Shown piece after piece: positions 1-9,347 of a stretch of DNA of 64,000 nt (the first letter of the stretch is position 1; the number at the start of each line of letters is the position of its first letter). Position numbers and translations under genes: made by a program. The notes beneath the pieces are model-generated. The model was not told where the DNA came from. It saw only the letters and a program-made list of their open reading frames with translations, and made no database searches. Source of the DNA: an uncultured Candidatus Saccharibacteria bacterium (GTDB lineage Bacteria > Patescibacteriota > Minisyncoccia > Phycocordibacterales > PALSA-1337); contig CAYPPJ010000005.1 in the NCBI GenBank assembly GCA_964412585.1, positions 1,512 to 65,511 of the forward strand. The letters are read 5' to 3'.

Positions 1-102
1 TAACATATCCAGAATAACGTGATTAAGGTGGAATTTCTAGTAGGTTGACAAAATTAATATGACGTTATATTATCTTCAACAACCTCTTAGCTCTCTACAA
101 TT

Positions 103-741
103 ATGACAACATCACCTATCCCTGTCTCTGACGTGGCAGATCATGCCAAATTGCGCGCCTTGTTGAACCGGCCAAGTTGGACTCTCTTTCCGCCTGCGGC
201 GCAGGCAAAAGAAGCAGGAAATCTCATCTCCCATCAACGCTGCTTGGCAATTCTTCGAAACGTTGAAATATTTACCGTCGGCCATGTCTGTATGAAGACG
301 GAGATGGAACTGCTTAAATACCGTTTCTTCGGACGAAGAGCTCTGGAATATCTCAAACAGTGCGTTGCATCACACAGTCTAAAACTTGGCATGACTTTTG
401 GGCCAGAACTACATGACCAACGCATCGACCACCAGTGCATTTACTGGTATGATACGAACTCCGGCATTAGCCCCCGAGCAAACTTACGTTTCTTTTTTCA
501 GGACCTCAAAAGGACGGATCGTGCGCGTATCATCACGTCGCTCATGGCCGGAGGTGTTTATGTTGCTTACCCCTACAATAGCAGCCCCGGTCACTCACTA
601 AACATTAGTTTCGCTCGGCAATTTCTCCTGTTCACTGAAGCCGACCTCCTCAAGTTTGCCCACGTAAAACCTCGTCACATCGAGTACATCAAGCAGCGGC
701 TGCAAGAACTCGGCGGATACACTTTGTGGAAATACCGGTAA
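103..741 (+). CDS. Hypothetical protein with two RNA polymerase alpha-CTD-like (HhH) domains
   Basis: RCLAILRNVEIFTVGHVCMKTEMELLKYRFFGRRALEYLKQCVASHSLKLGM resembles alpha-CTD ([52 protein letters not shown]). A second copy reads FTEADLLKFAHVKPRHIEYIKQRL. TTGACA at 45-50 upstream. Confidence 0.65.
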   Translation: MTTSPIPVSDVADHAKLRALLNRPSWTLFPPAAQAKEAGNLISHQRCLAILRNVEIFTVGHVCMKTEMELLKYRFFGRRALEYLKQCVASHSLKLGMTFGPELHDQRIDHQCIYWYDTNSGISPRANLRFFFQDLKRTDRARIITSLMAGGVYVAYPYNSSPGHSLNISFARQFLLFTEADLLKFAHVKPRHIEYIKQRLQELGGYTLWKYR

Positions 742-791
742 CCTCAATTCGCGCAACATCGCGCACGCTCCAAGTGGGGTGTGTGCGAGTT

Positions 792-1160
792 TTATTTTTC
801 AATTTTAAATACTTTCCAACTAAAATAAACAAATACTACTGCGGTTACAACAATCATTATAATCCCAAATACTTTCCCTTGTGTGTTGTCAGTATAAGCG
901 AAGGTATATATGAACTGAAAAATTGCCACCAACAATTGAACAATCGCAAGCAAAAACATTGCAATCGTAAATTTTTCCGTACGGTCTGAAGATTCTTTTG
1001 CTTGCAAAGTACCTTTATCAATCGATTCGTTTAGCTCTTTGATCGCTCGTCTTGTTAGCTCATCAGATGCCAATGGACCAAAAATCGGACTTGATTCATT
1101 AATAATATGAAGCAACTGTTCTTTTGTAGAATCTTGTATTTTGGGATGAAAGTTACTCAT
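792..1160 (-). CDS. Hypothetical membrane protein (2 C-terminal TM helices)
   Basis: AT-rich ORF, ATG at 1160, two hydrophobic segments. Confidence 0.65.
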   Translation of the reverse strand: MSNFHPKIQDSTKEQLLHIINESSPIFGPLASDELTRRAIKELNESIDKGTLQAKESSDRTEKFTIAMFLLAIVQLLVAIFQFIYTFAYTDNTQGKVFGIIMIVVTAVVFVYFSWKVFKIEK

Positions 1161-1167
1161 ATAATTA

Positions 1168-1923
1168 TTATTTCTTGTAAGAAGCAACTCTTTGATTCAA
1201 TAACTCCATTCTTTCATCGTTAGTTTTTGGGATGTAGCCTATCTCTTTTTTCCAGATTTGGTAAAGTTTTGCAGTATACGAAAACTTATCATCCATAACT
1301 CCAATACGAACATATAGAGGGATTGCCAATGTCTCAATCAACTCAACAAAAGGTTTTTTAATGGATGACATCGCCAGATGTGTCTTGCTTTTTGTATTCA
1401 TAATTCCAATAGAAAATTCTTCTACTGTATTGAGGCAATACAAAATTGAATATTCCACCTCCACATCTCTGGAGACTATATCATTATAAGTTTTAACAAG
1501 ATCTTTTTGGCTCGTCCATGTCTTCTTATCAAAATCCTCCTTTGAAAATATTAGTGTGCGTGAATTTTTACTATTTGGAAGTTGTGGAATTATTATTTTC
1601 TTTTTATTTAATAATTGCTTCATTTCCCACTCAGAACGAAGCAACTTATCACGAAAAAACCCAACAAATTCAAGTGCTGTTTTAGTTTTTGTATCAGCCC
1701 TTTCTTCGTATCTACTAATATATTCAACAACTGCGAAAAGCGCGGTGTAAGCAATCAATAATTGTGCCCAATGATAAATTCTATCTATCGTAATGGACTC
1801 GTACCAATTCTCGATCGAAAAAAATATTATGACTTTATTTACTATCCAATATACAAGGAAAAAACCAACTAAATATACTCCCCACTTTAATATACAAGCC
1901 CCCCAAAATTTAACCTTTTCCAT
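1168..1923 (-). CDS. Hypothetical membrane-anchored protein
   Basis: AT-rich ORF starting MEKVKF immediately after the uvrB stop; 2 N-terminal TM segments. Confidence 0.65.
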   Translation of the reverse strand: MEKVKFWGACILKWGVYLVGFFLVYWIVNKVIIFFSIENWYESITIDRIYHWAQLLIAYTALFAVVEYISRYEERADTKTKTALEFVGFFRDKLLRSEWEMKQLLNKKKIIIPQLPNSKNSRTLIFSKEDFDKKTWTSQKDLVKTYNDIVSRDVEVEYSILYCLNTVEEFSIGIMNTKSKTHLAMSSIKKPFVELIETLAIPLYVRIGVMDDKFSYTAKLYQIWKKEIGYIPKTNDERMELLNQRVASYKK

Positions 1924-1924
1924 A

Positions 1925-4105
1925 TTATTTTTCTTTCTTCCTTTCCCCCTTCTCCTTCTTAACCTCCTTCTCCGCCCTCTTTTCAATCTCAATCAACTCA
2001 TCTCGTATCAACGCCGCGGTCTCAAAATCCAGCGCCTTGACGGCCTCTTCCATGGCGGCCTGTTTCTGCTTCATCAAGAGCTTAGGATTGGTGCGCGCCA
2101 GTTCTTCATCGATCTTGACGAGCTCATTGACGGCCTTCTCATGCTCGGTACGCAGCTGATCGGTAATATCATGAATAGCTTTCTTGATGGTGACCGGCGT
2201 GATGCCATGCTCCTTATTGTAGGCAATCTGCAGCGCGCGGCGGCGATCGGTCTCCTTGATGGCGCGATCCATGGAACCGGTGAGGTTGTCGGCATAGAGG
2301 ATAACACGGCCGGCGGCATTGCGGGCAGCACGACCGATGGTCTGAATGAGCGCCGTTTCGGAGCGCAAAAAACCTTCCTTGTCGGCATCGAGAATACCGA
2401 TGAGCGAAACTTCAGGCAGGTCCAGTCCCTCGCGCAGGAGGTTGACGCCCACCACGATATCGTACTTCCCTTTGCGGAAATCCGTCAGAATATTGATGCG
2501 CTCGATGGTCTTGATGTCGCTATGCAGATACACCGCCTTGATCTGCTTTTCCTTGAGGAATTCAGAGAGGTCTTCAGCCATTTTCTTGGTTAATGTGGTA
2601 GCGATCACACGGTCGCCACTTTCTATAGTCTTTTGAGCTTCTTCAATGAAGTCAAAGATTTGACCCATGTAGGGAGTTTTTGAACGTTCCTTCGAAGGGG
2701 CCTTCGGACTGAGCGAAGGCGAAGGAGAACGAGCCGCGTCCTCAGCAGAGGACGACGGCGTACCCTGAGGAGGAATGTGCGAAAACTCCCGAATGGGTCT
2801 GATTTCTACAATTGGGTCAATCAATCCAGTAGGTCGAATAACTTGCTCCACCACCTGCTTACTCGTCTCTGCTTCATATTTGCCCGGCGTGGCCGAAGTA
2901 TAGATCATCGGACCCACACGCTCGAGGAATTCATTGAACTTCAGCGGTCGGTTATCTTTTGCCGAAGGCAGTCGGAAGCCATGCTCCACCAACGTATCCT
3001 TGCGCGAAAAGTCACCCGCATACATACCATTGAGTTGCGGGATGGTCACGTGCGATTCATCGATGATGGTCAAAAAATCTGCCACCATTTTGCCCGTCTT
3101 GGGATCTTTCTTTTTTGGGAAGTACGAGAGCAGCGTATCAGGCGGCTCGCCAGGCATCATGCCGGAGAAATGTCGTGAGTAGTTCTCAATGCCGTTGGTA
3201 TAGCCAATCTCCTTGATCATCGAGAGATCGTATTTGACGCGACGCTTGAGGCGCTCGGCTTCGAGCATTTTGCCCGCCTTCTCGAGCTCTTTGAGTCGAC
3301 CGACCAGCTCGGCCTGAATGGTTTTGTAGGCACGCTCACTCTGTTCATCAGTCGAGATAAAGTGCTTGGCCGGAAAAACAAAGATGGTGTCATGTGTGGC
3401 ACGGACCGAGCGCGAGACCGGATCCAGTTCGGTGATGGTAGAAATGCTCGAACCCTCGTATTCGAGTCGATAAATCGTTTTTTCATTGACCGGCATAATC
3501 TCGATAGTATTCCCCACCGCACGGAAGTTGCCGGAGTTCACATCAGCAGTGGTGCGTTCGAAATGAATGTCGATAAGCTTGCGAATAAGTTCAGCGCGCG
3601 ACAGTTCCATGCCCACTTTCAATTTCAAATTCACCTTTTCATATTCCTCCGGACTTCCCAAACCATAGATGCAGGAAACTGAAGCCACAATGATGACATC
3701 TTTACGAGTAAGGAGCGCCTGGGTCGATGCGTGGCGAAGCCTTTCAATTTCTTCGTTGATCATTGCCTCTTTCTCAATGTAGGTATCGCTTGAGGGAATG
3801 TAGGCCTCGGGCTGGTAGTAGTCATAGTACGAAACAAAGTAGTGCACCGCATTGTTGGGGAAAAATTCACGGTACTCCTGGGCAAGCTGGGCTGCGAGCG
3901 TTTTGTTGTGAGCAATGACGAGAGTTGGTTTGCCATATTGAGCAATTACATTGGCGGCCGTAAACGTCTTTCCTGAACCGGTCACACCGAGCAGAGTCTG
4001 ACTATCGAGCCCCTTCTTGAGCCCATCCACCAACGACAAAATAGCCTTTGGCTGGTCGCCGGCTGGTGCGAAGGGAGTGGCTATTTTGAAGGGTGAACTG
4101 CTCAT
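1925..4105 (-). CDS. uvrB: Excinuclease ABC subunit B
   Basis: GVTGSGKT Walker A, YYDYYQPEAY, DESH, GVNLLREGLDLPEV, QTIGRAARN, C-terminal UVR domain. Confidence 0.98.
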   Translation of the reverse strand: MSSSPFKIATPFAPAGDQPKAILSLVDGLKKGLDSQTLLGVTGSGKTFTAANVIAQYGKPTLVIAHNKTLAAQLAQEYREFFPNNAVHYFVSYYDYYQPEAYIPSSDTYIEKEAMINEEIERLRHASTQALLTRKDVIIVASVSCIYGLGSPEEYEKVNLKLKVGMELSRAELIRKLIDIHFERTTADVNSGNFRAVGNTIEIMPVNEKTIYRLEYEGSSISTITELDPVSRSVRATHDTIFVFPAKHFISTDEQSERAYKTIQAELVGRLKELEKAGKMLEAERLKRRVKYDLSMIKEIGYTNGIENYSRHFSGMMPGEPPDTLLSYFPKKKDPKTGKMVADFLTIIDESHVTIPQLNGMYAGDFSRKDTLVEHGFRLPSAKDNRPLKFNEFLERVGPMIYTSATPGKYEAETSKQVVEQVIRPTGLIDPIVEIRPIREFSHIPPQGTPSSSAEDAARSPSPSLSPKAPSKERSKTPYMGQIFDFIEEAQKTIESGDRVIATTLTKKMAEDLSEFLKEKQIKAVYLHSDIKTIERINILTDFRKGKYDIVVGVNLLREGLDLPEVSLIGILDADKEGFLRSETALIQTIGRAARNAAGRVILYADNLTGSMDRAIKETDRRRALQIAYNKEHGITPVTIKKAIHDITDQLRTEHEKAVNELVKIDEELARTNPKLLMKQKQAAMEEAVKALDFETAALIRDELIEIEKRAEKEVKKEKGERKKEK
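2672..2791. repeat. 120-nt palindromic element inserted in frame in uvrB
   Basis: Terminal IR GGGAGTTTTTGAACGTTCCT / AGGAATGTGCGAAAACTCCC plus two internal hairpins; encodes 40 extra aa between EIRP and GQI. Confidence 0.8.
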
Positions 4106-4147
4106 AAATACCTAGTAAGAATCTCATATTTTGGGAAGGAGGGATAC

Positions 4148-4177
4148 TTGACTTTTATGTATAATATGTGTTATAAT
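4148..4177 (+). promoter_or_regulatory. sigma70 promoter
   Basis: TTGACT-18-TATAAT with TG extension. Confidence 0.7.
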
Positions 4178-4379
4178 ACTAACAGTACAGAATCATTGAA
4201 ATAACAGTGGCGCTCACGAGATAGCTTCTTGCATGTCTTCCCTTTAACTATTATGAAGGCATGCAGCAAGCTATCTCGTACAGGTAGTAAGTAAGTTGTC
4301 TGAACTTAATAGGGGTCATTGGCTGAAAAGTCATTGATCTCTGGACAACGGTACGTGCTACCGACCATGCCCAAAAAGC

Positions 4380-4802
4380 ATGACAACAGCGCACTCCATT
4401 GCTATGAAAGAAAAAACCCGCCAGGCGCTTCTTGCGCAGTCCAGTAATCACGTATACGTGCCGAAAATTGTTGCCCTAGCATTAGGGATAGAATGGGAGC
4501 ACGTCTCCATACATCGTGCGCAAAAAATGGGAGCAAAAAACATTCACATCAAAGAGAAGAATAATGGGATGGTGGCACAATGGCCACAATTCTTCTTTGA
4601 TCTCGCTGCGAGGGTTGAAAAAACGTTCGCGGAAAACCAGTACACCTGGCAGCATCGCGACGTGACAGTTCTGCAAGCCGCAGTAAAACTGCACATGGCT
4701 GGCCGCGGTGATGAAGCACTTGCTATGTGCTCGGAACACACTGGAGTTCCAAAGGCTGAAATGCCAACAAGCTTCCTTGAACAGGTAATGCCTGAATTGT
4801 GA
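4380..4802 (+). CDS. Hypothetical protein
   Basis: 140-aa ORF downstream of a promoter and a structured leader. Confidence 0.55.
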   Translation: MTTAHSIAMKEKTRQALLAQSSNHVYVPKIVALALGIEWEHVSIHRAQKMGAKNIHIKEKNNGMVAQWPQFFFDLAARVEKTFAENQYTWQHRDVTVLQAAVKLHMAGRGDEALAMCSEHTGVPKAEMPTSFLEQVMPEL

Positions 4803-5102
4803 AGAAATCAATTTTGTCCATTTTCCAAAATGGTCCGCCGAAAGGCAATGGAGATTACACGAACTTGCTCCGCAAGAAATCGTAGGGAGGGACGCGGCAC
4901 AGGGTCGCGTTCCTCCCTCTCTCACCACTGTTAGTGTTCTTTCAAGGGTCAGATGTCCCACATAAAATATCATGATGCCAGCCCACACATTCTGTGGGCT
5001 TTGTCGTTTATGGAATACAAAAAATCCCGCACACCACCTCCTTGGCAATGCGCGGGTCGTCGCTATGGCAGATCTCAGTCTGAACCTTAATAGCAACAAA
5101 AT

Positions 5103-5444
5103 TCAAAGTCCATTAGTGCCACCCCAACCACCGGATAGAAATTCCCACGATGAACGACTCCGACGATCGCGACCTTTGTATTGGCCGATTTTTTCACGGA
5201 GTGCATTTGGATGACTCTTGTAATACTGATAGTTGCGATCCTTGCGCTCTTTTGTGCGCCGACTGAACTCATCAATAGAAATCCACTCGGACTGATCTGG
5301 TGGTAATGACCAATAATGCCACCCAAGCCACTGTCCATCAACGAAGGTCCAACTAACACTTCCGTGTGTTGGCGCTTCAGTAAATGGACGTGTTGTGTCT
5401 TTTGAGCGAAACCGCTCGACTCCGTTAACCGTCGTTGTACTCAT
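5103..5444 (-). CDS. Hypothetical Trp-rich small protein
   Basis: ORF from ATG 5444 (MSTTTVNG...); no recognised motif. Confidence 0.5.
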   Translation of the reverse strand: MSTTTVNGVERFRSKDTTRPFTEAPTHGSVSWTFVDGQWLGWHYWSLPPDQSEWISIDEFSRRTKERKDRNYQYYKSHPNALREKIGQYKGRDRRSRSSWEFLSGGWGGTNGL

Positions 5445-5561
5445 GTTATGCCTTTGGTTGTGCGCTGATGATGGGGTTCGTTTCGGCGGGAGGCCGCGGC
5501 ACAGAGGGAGCTGAAGTTGAGACAGCTCCGCCCCATACCATACGGCCATCCCGCCAAAGTG

Positions 5562-5762
5562 TTATGCGGTAACCGCGAGTTCGCATCGCAGCTGCACGGT
5601 AAATGCATATGTCGATGGATGTACCCAGCGGATCGGAATCGTGACCGGCAGCTTCTTCGATTTGAATAAGCGAAGCGTGCGTCCTCCCCGGCCCGACAGA
5701 CGGACCGAGCGACGCGCCGCCGGCAAAAGCGGTGTGGTTATGCCATTAGTGAGTGTTTTCAT
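5562..5762 (-). CDS. Small basic hypothetical protein downstream of the attenuator
   Basis: 66-aa ORF MKTLTNG... directly after the terminator hairpin. Confidence 0.4.
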   Translation of the reverse strand: MKTLTNGITTPLLPAARRSVRLSGRGGRTLRLFKSKKLPVTIPIRWVHPSTYAFTVQLRCELAVTA

Positions 5763-5783
5763 AGGCAATGGATGTTGAATTGT

Positions 5784-5930
5784 AAAGAACAAAACAGGCT
5801 CCGTGTTCGTTTGGAGCCTGTGTCTGTAATTAATTGAGGGGTGAATTCATTACAAAGACTGACTCCAAACATGCTTCCAAATGGTAAGCACGTACGAGTT
5901 GCGGGTCATCTTTGTAAAATGGAAATTCAT
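5784..5930 (-). promoter_or_regulatory. Putative leader-peptide transcription attenuator
   Basis: Leader ORF 5930-5850 (MNFHFTKMTRNSYVLTIWKHVWSQSL*). Terminator CAGGCTCC/GGAGCCTG plus T-tract. Leader GTTTGGAGTC can pair with GGCTCCAAAC as an antiterminator. Confidence 0.6.
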
Positions 5931-6298
5931 ATGCGTTAGTGATGAGTATTATACCAGGTATCGTAGATTATGCAAGCTATAAGTTATTCACAGCATAAAT
6001 AAACAAGGCCTCTACGAGAAAACGGTTCTCGCGAGGCCATGTGGTTTCAGTGGACAGCTTCCAGTCGAGACGACCGAGCTGCCACCTCTCCGATGATTTC
6101 TCCGTCAATTCGGCGAAAAGGATTGAGCTGATGCCGAACTTCAGGTTGTTCATCGCGCGGTTCATGGTCTTCCCCGCCCTCGATACAGCTTGGGAATGGA
6201 ACACCAGAACTAGTCCGATCATGGAATAACTGCATGACGTTGCGTGCCATAATCAGGTTTGGTTCGCTCGAAACTATACCATATATATGTATAGACGG

Positions 6299-7315
6299 CT
6301 ATCTCCTCAACATCACCCTCTGAACCGCCGCATAGATGTCTTTTTCACCCATGCCATAATGTTCGATGAGCTCATCAGGCTTCCCCGTCTGCCCAAATTG
6401 ATCTTTGACACCAATAAATTCTATAGGTACTGGAAAATGTGCAGCTAGACATTCTGCTACTGCTGAACCCATACCGCCGGCAATCTGATGTTCTTCAACA
6501 GTAACTATTCCACCAGTCTCATGAGCGAGCTTGATAATTGCGTGTTCATCTAACGGTTTAATCGTGGCCAGATTTAATACAACAACCTCCTTCCCTTCGT
6601 CTTCAAGTTTTTGTGCGACTTTCAAAGCTTTGAAAAGAAGTGCTCCTGTGGCGATAATGCCAATAGAATTTTTTGGTGCTTTTGAATTACCCGCTACCTT
6701 TTTTGTCCGAAATACTTCTTGCGCCTTTCCGATTTCAAATGGCGTGTCTTCAGTGGTGATGATGGGTGTCTTTTCGCGAGCTAGACGTATATAGGTCGGC
6801 GAATTTGTCTTGGCCGCAGCGATAGTCGCTTTCTTTGCTTCGATTGCATCACATGGTGAAATGACCACCATCCTCGGCAATACGCGAGTAATGGCAATGT
6901 CCTCAAGCGCCTGATGACTTCCTCCATCAGGGCCTACTGACACTCCCGCGTGTGAGCCAGCAATCTTGACTGGTCGGTTGTTGTAACAGACCGTCGTGCG
7001 AATCTGTTCCCAATTTCTTCCTGGACTAAATACGGCATACGAACTCACAAATGGAATCTTTCCCATGGCTGCCATGCCAGATGCCACACTGACCAAGTTT
7101 TGTTCTGCTACACCAATCTCGGTAAAGCGTTCAGGAAATTTCTTTTTGAATGCTTCCATCTGGGTCGATTCGGTGAGATCTGCGCAAAGACCAACGACGT
7201 TTTTATCTGCTTCGGCTGCTTTTAATAGACCTTCGCCAAAACCTTTGCGAATAGGAACTTGCTCGACTGTTTCGTCGAAGAGTTTGGGGTTGAGTTTTTG
7301 AGAGGGGGTGAGCAT
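6299..7315 (-). CDS. Transketolase, C-terminal (pyrimidine-binding) subunit
   Basis: GVAEQN, GPDGGSHQALED, TVEEHQIAGGMGS. Confidence 0.95.
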   Translation of the reverse strand: MLTPSQKLNPKLFDETVEQVPIRKGFGEGLLKAAEADKNVVGLCADLTESTQMEAFKKKFPERFTEIGVAEQNLVSVASGMAAMGKIPFVSSYAVFSPGRNWEQIRTTVCYNNRPVKIAGSHAGVSVGPDGGSHQALEDIAITRVLPRMVVISPCDAIEAKKATIAAAKTNSPTYIRLAREKTPIITTEDTPFEIGKAQEVFRTKKVAGNSKAPKNSIGIIATGALLFKALKVAQKLEDEGKEVVVLNLATIKPLDEHAIIKLAHETGGIVTVEEHQIAGGMGSAVAECLAAHFPVPIEFIGVKDQFGQTGKPDELIEHYGMGEKDIYAAVQRVMLRR

Positions 7316-7322
7316 ATGACTA

Positions 7323-7649
7323 TTAACTAGCTACGATCGACTTAGAAATTCCCGCAACAACTACAGCAACCATCGAACAGACGAGGACAATTTTATGCAT
7401 CTTAGTGATCGGCTGTTTCCTCTTTTTATAAATTATAGCGCTGATTATAAGTCCCAAAATAGAAGCTGCTAACAGTGGCCAAAATATGAACAATTGAGCA
7501 AGAACAAATTGAAGGCCAGAAAATATACACTCCATGTGAGTGGTAGTACGGCATGTATTGAATTCTAATACATATGCAATATCGGATCCTACTGACCCCA
7601 ACACTCCTATAGAACTTAACCAAGCAAAAGTTTTTATTGTGTTATTCAT
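7323..7649 (-). CDS. Hypothetical membrane protein (3 TM) between the transketolase subunits
   Basis: AT-rich, hydrophobic 108-aa ORF. Confidence 0.6.
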   Translation of the reverse strand: MNNTIKTFAWLSSIGVLGSVGSDIAYVLEFNTCRTTTHMECIFSGLQFVLAQLFIFWPLLAASILGLIISAIIYKKRKQPITKMHKIVLVCSMVAVVVAGISKSIVAS

Positions 7650-7656
7650 AAGTATA

Positions 7657-8538
7657 TTAATTATAATGCGGACTCTCTACATGACCACCTAACGTACGAA
7701 CATTTTTAAGAGCTTGGCGAGCGGTTTCTATCTCCTCCGGCGTTGTTGGTGGCTTTCCATGCCATTCAAACTTACGCTCAAATGCAGGCACTCCCTTTGA
7801 GGCAATCGTATTGGCAATGATCACTGACGGCTTATCAAAGACCGCCTGCGCCTGACCTATGGCGCGGTCAATGTCCCGAAAATTGTGACCATCGATCTCC
7901 TGCACATGCCAGTTCCAGGCGCGCCATTTATCGGCGAGCGGATTGAGCGGCATGACATCTTCGGTGAAGCCATCTATCTGAATATTGTTGCGATCTATAA
8001 TAGCAGTCAGATTTTGTAGACGCTCCTTGCCTGCCAGCATGGCACCCTCCCAACTATTACCCTCATTGAGTTCACCATCACTCATCAAACAATAAAATTG
8101 TTTGCCTGACGTCTTGCCATTGTCCATCCTATCAGCGAGCGCCATACCGACTGTTTGAGATAATCCGGAGCCGAGTGGACCAGATGAATTTTCGAGTGCG
8201 GGTAAAAATTCTCGATGCGGATGACCTTGGAGTTTCGAACCAAACTTACGTAGGGTTTTCAATTCTGAAACAGGAAAATATCCTGCATGTGCCATGGTGG
8301 CATACAACACGGGCGCAATATGACCATTTGAAAGGACCAGTCGGTCACGATACGGCCAGTCGGGCTTCTTGGGGTCATGTTTGAGCGCGTGGAAATAGAG
8401 ATAGGTGAAGATGTCAGCCATATCCAGAGGTCCAGCGGTGTGACCACTTTTTGCCTCGATTAAGGACTCGACAAGAGAGCGGCGAATGTCTTTCGCCTTG
8501 GCTTCGAGAAATGCTATTTTTTCATCGGTCAGAGCCAT
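7657..8538 (-). CDS. Transketolase, N-terminal (TPP-binding) subunit
   Basis: SGH, DRLVLSNGH, LQGHP, SDGELNEG...N TPP motif; start at MALTDEK. Confidence 0.95.
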   Translation of the reverse strand: MALTDEKIAFLEAKAKDIRRSLVESLIEAKSGHTAGPLDMADIFTYLYFHALKHDPKKPDWPYRDRLVLSNGHIAPVLYATMAHAGYFPVSELKTLRKFGSKLQGHPHREFLPALENSSGPLGSGLSQTVGMALADRMDNGKTSGKQFYCLMSDGELNEGNSWEGAMLAGKERLQNLTAIIDRNNIQIDGFTEDVMPLNPLADKWRAWNWHVQEIDGHNFRDIDRAIGQAQAVFDKPSVIIANTIASKGVPAFERKFEWHGKPPTTPEEIETARQALKNVRTLGGHVESPHYN

Positions 8539-8665
8539 GTATGTATTATAGTATATCATGTTGTTGACAGAGGTTCCCAACGGGGGTAGCATTTCTGGTG
8601 AACCCAGATCTGCAAAGCGTCATACGATGGCTTTGCATTACAAAAAACCAACGAAAGGCACTGCC

Positions 8666-9298
8666 ATGAGCACAAAGCTCACCCTCCCGCCCCCTCCAAC
8701 AGCGTTGCGCAATCACCAAATACGGTTGCCCAACCCTCCGACCCGAAATGCCCGAACTCGACTCTTGGCCCAACGACCTCTCGCTTACCACTTGAGCATC
8801 CTCGGTGTTAAGCCGTTTGATGAGCACGCCATTGAGGCGTACAAGTTCGAACAGGTGTTCAAATTGCGCCATCCGCAGCGCGAATACCGGAAACTCAAAT
8901 CCTACGCCATTACGCTTGCAGTCATCGCATTCTTCGCGTACGGCGTCGGTTCAAACCTTCACAACGTCTGGACCATGATCGGCATGATCTGCGCCGGCAC
9001 TATCGCCTCCCTGATCGCCTGGGTATCTACTGGTCCGAACGAACCGATCAAGCGCCCCCTGGCACAATGGCGTGAAGTTTCGCTCGGCCATTTCCTGGAC
9101 ACGATGCTCCAAATGGTTCCGGAACCGGCCGTAGAACTTGCCGAGGAGGTCAAAACCCGCCTGCCGAGTGCCTCAGTTACGGTTGAATACTTGGACAAAG
9201 ATCCAATCATGTGGATCAAACACGAACGTCCTGGTACCAATCGTTTCGTTGAACGTTATGCAGTACAAGTCTGGGGCGAACCTGATTTCGTTCCCTGA
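8666..9298 (+). CDS. Hypothetical membrane protein (2 TM)
   Basis: GAAAGG SD before ATG 8666; own terminator follows. Confidence 0.7.
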   Translation: MSTKLTLPPPPTALRNHQIRLPNPPTRNARTRLLAQRPLAYHLSILGVKPFDEHAIEAYKFEQVFKLRHPQREYRKLKSYAITLAVIAFFAYGVGSNLHNVWTMIGMICAGTIASLIAWVSTGPNEPIKRPLAQWREVSLGHFLDTMLQMVPEPAVELAEEVKTRLPSASVTVEYLDKDPIMWIKHERPGTNRFVERYAVQVWGEPDFVP

Positions 9299-9321
9299 AA
9301 ACTCCGAACCATTCGGAAATC

Positions 9322-9347
9322 GCGCCGCTCGCACAGAGCGGCGCTTT
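9322..9347 (+). terminator. Intrinsic terminator
   Basis: GCGCCGCTC/GAGCGGCGC + TTT. Confidence 0.6.

Noticed and set aside
1793-2593. Long antisense ORFs over uvrB, lexA, rpe, livH and others
   Set aside because: Shadow frames of well-supported genes on the opposite strand.
2826-2835. CCAGTAGGTC match to the 25-nt element
   Set aside because: Only 10 nt, and dictated by conserved UvrB codons (RPTG).
5977-6250. Overlapping short ORFs
   Set aside because: Three competing frames, none with a recognisable motif; the real one cannot be chosen.
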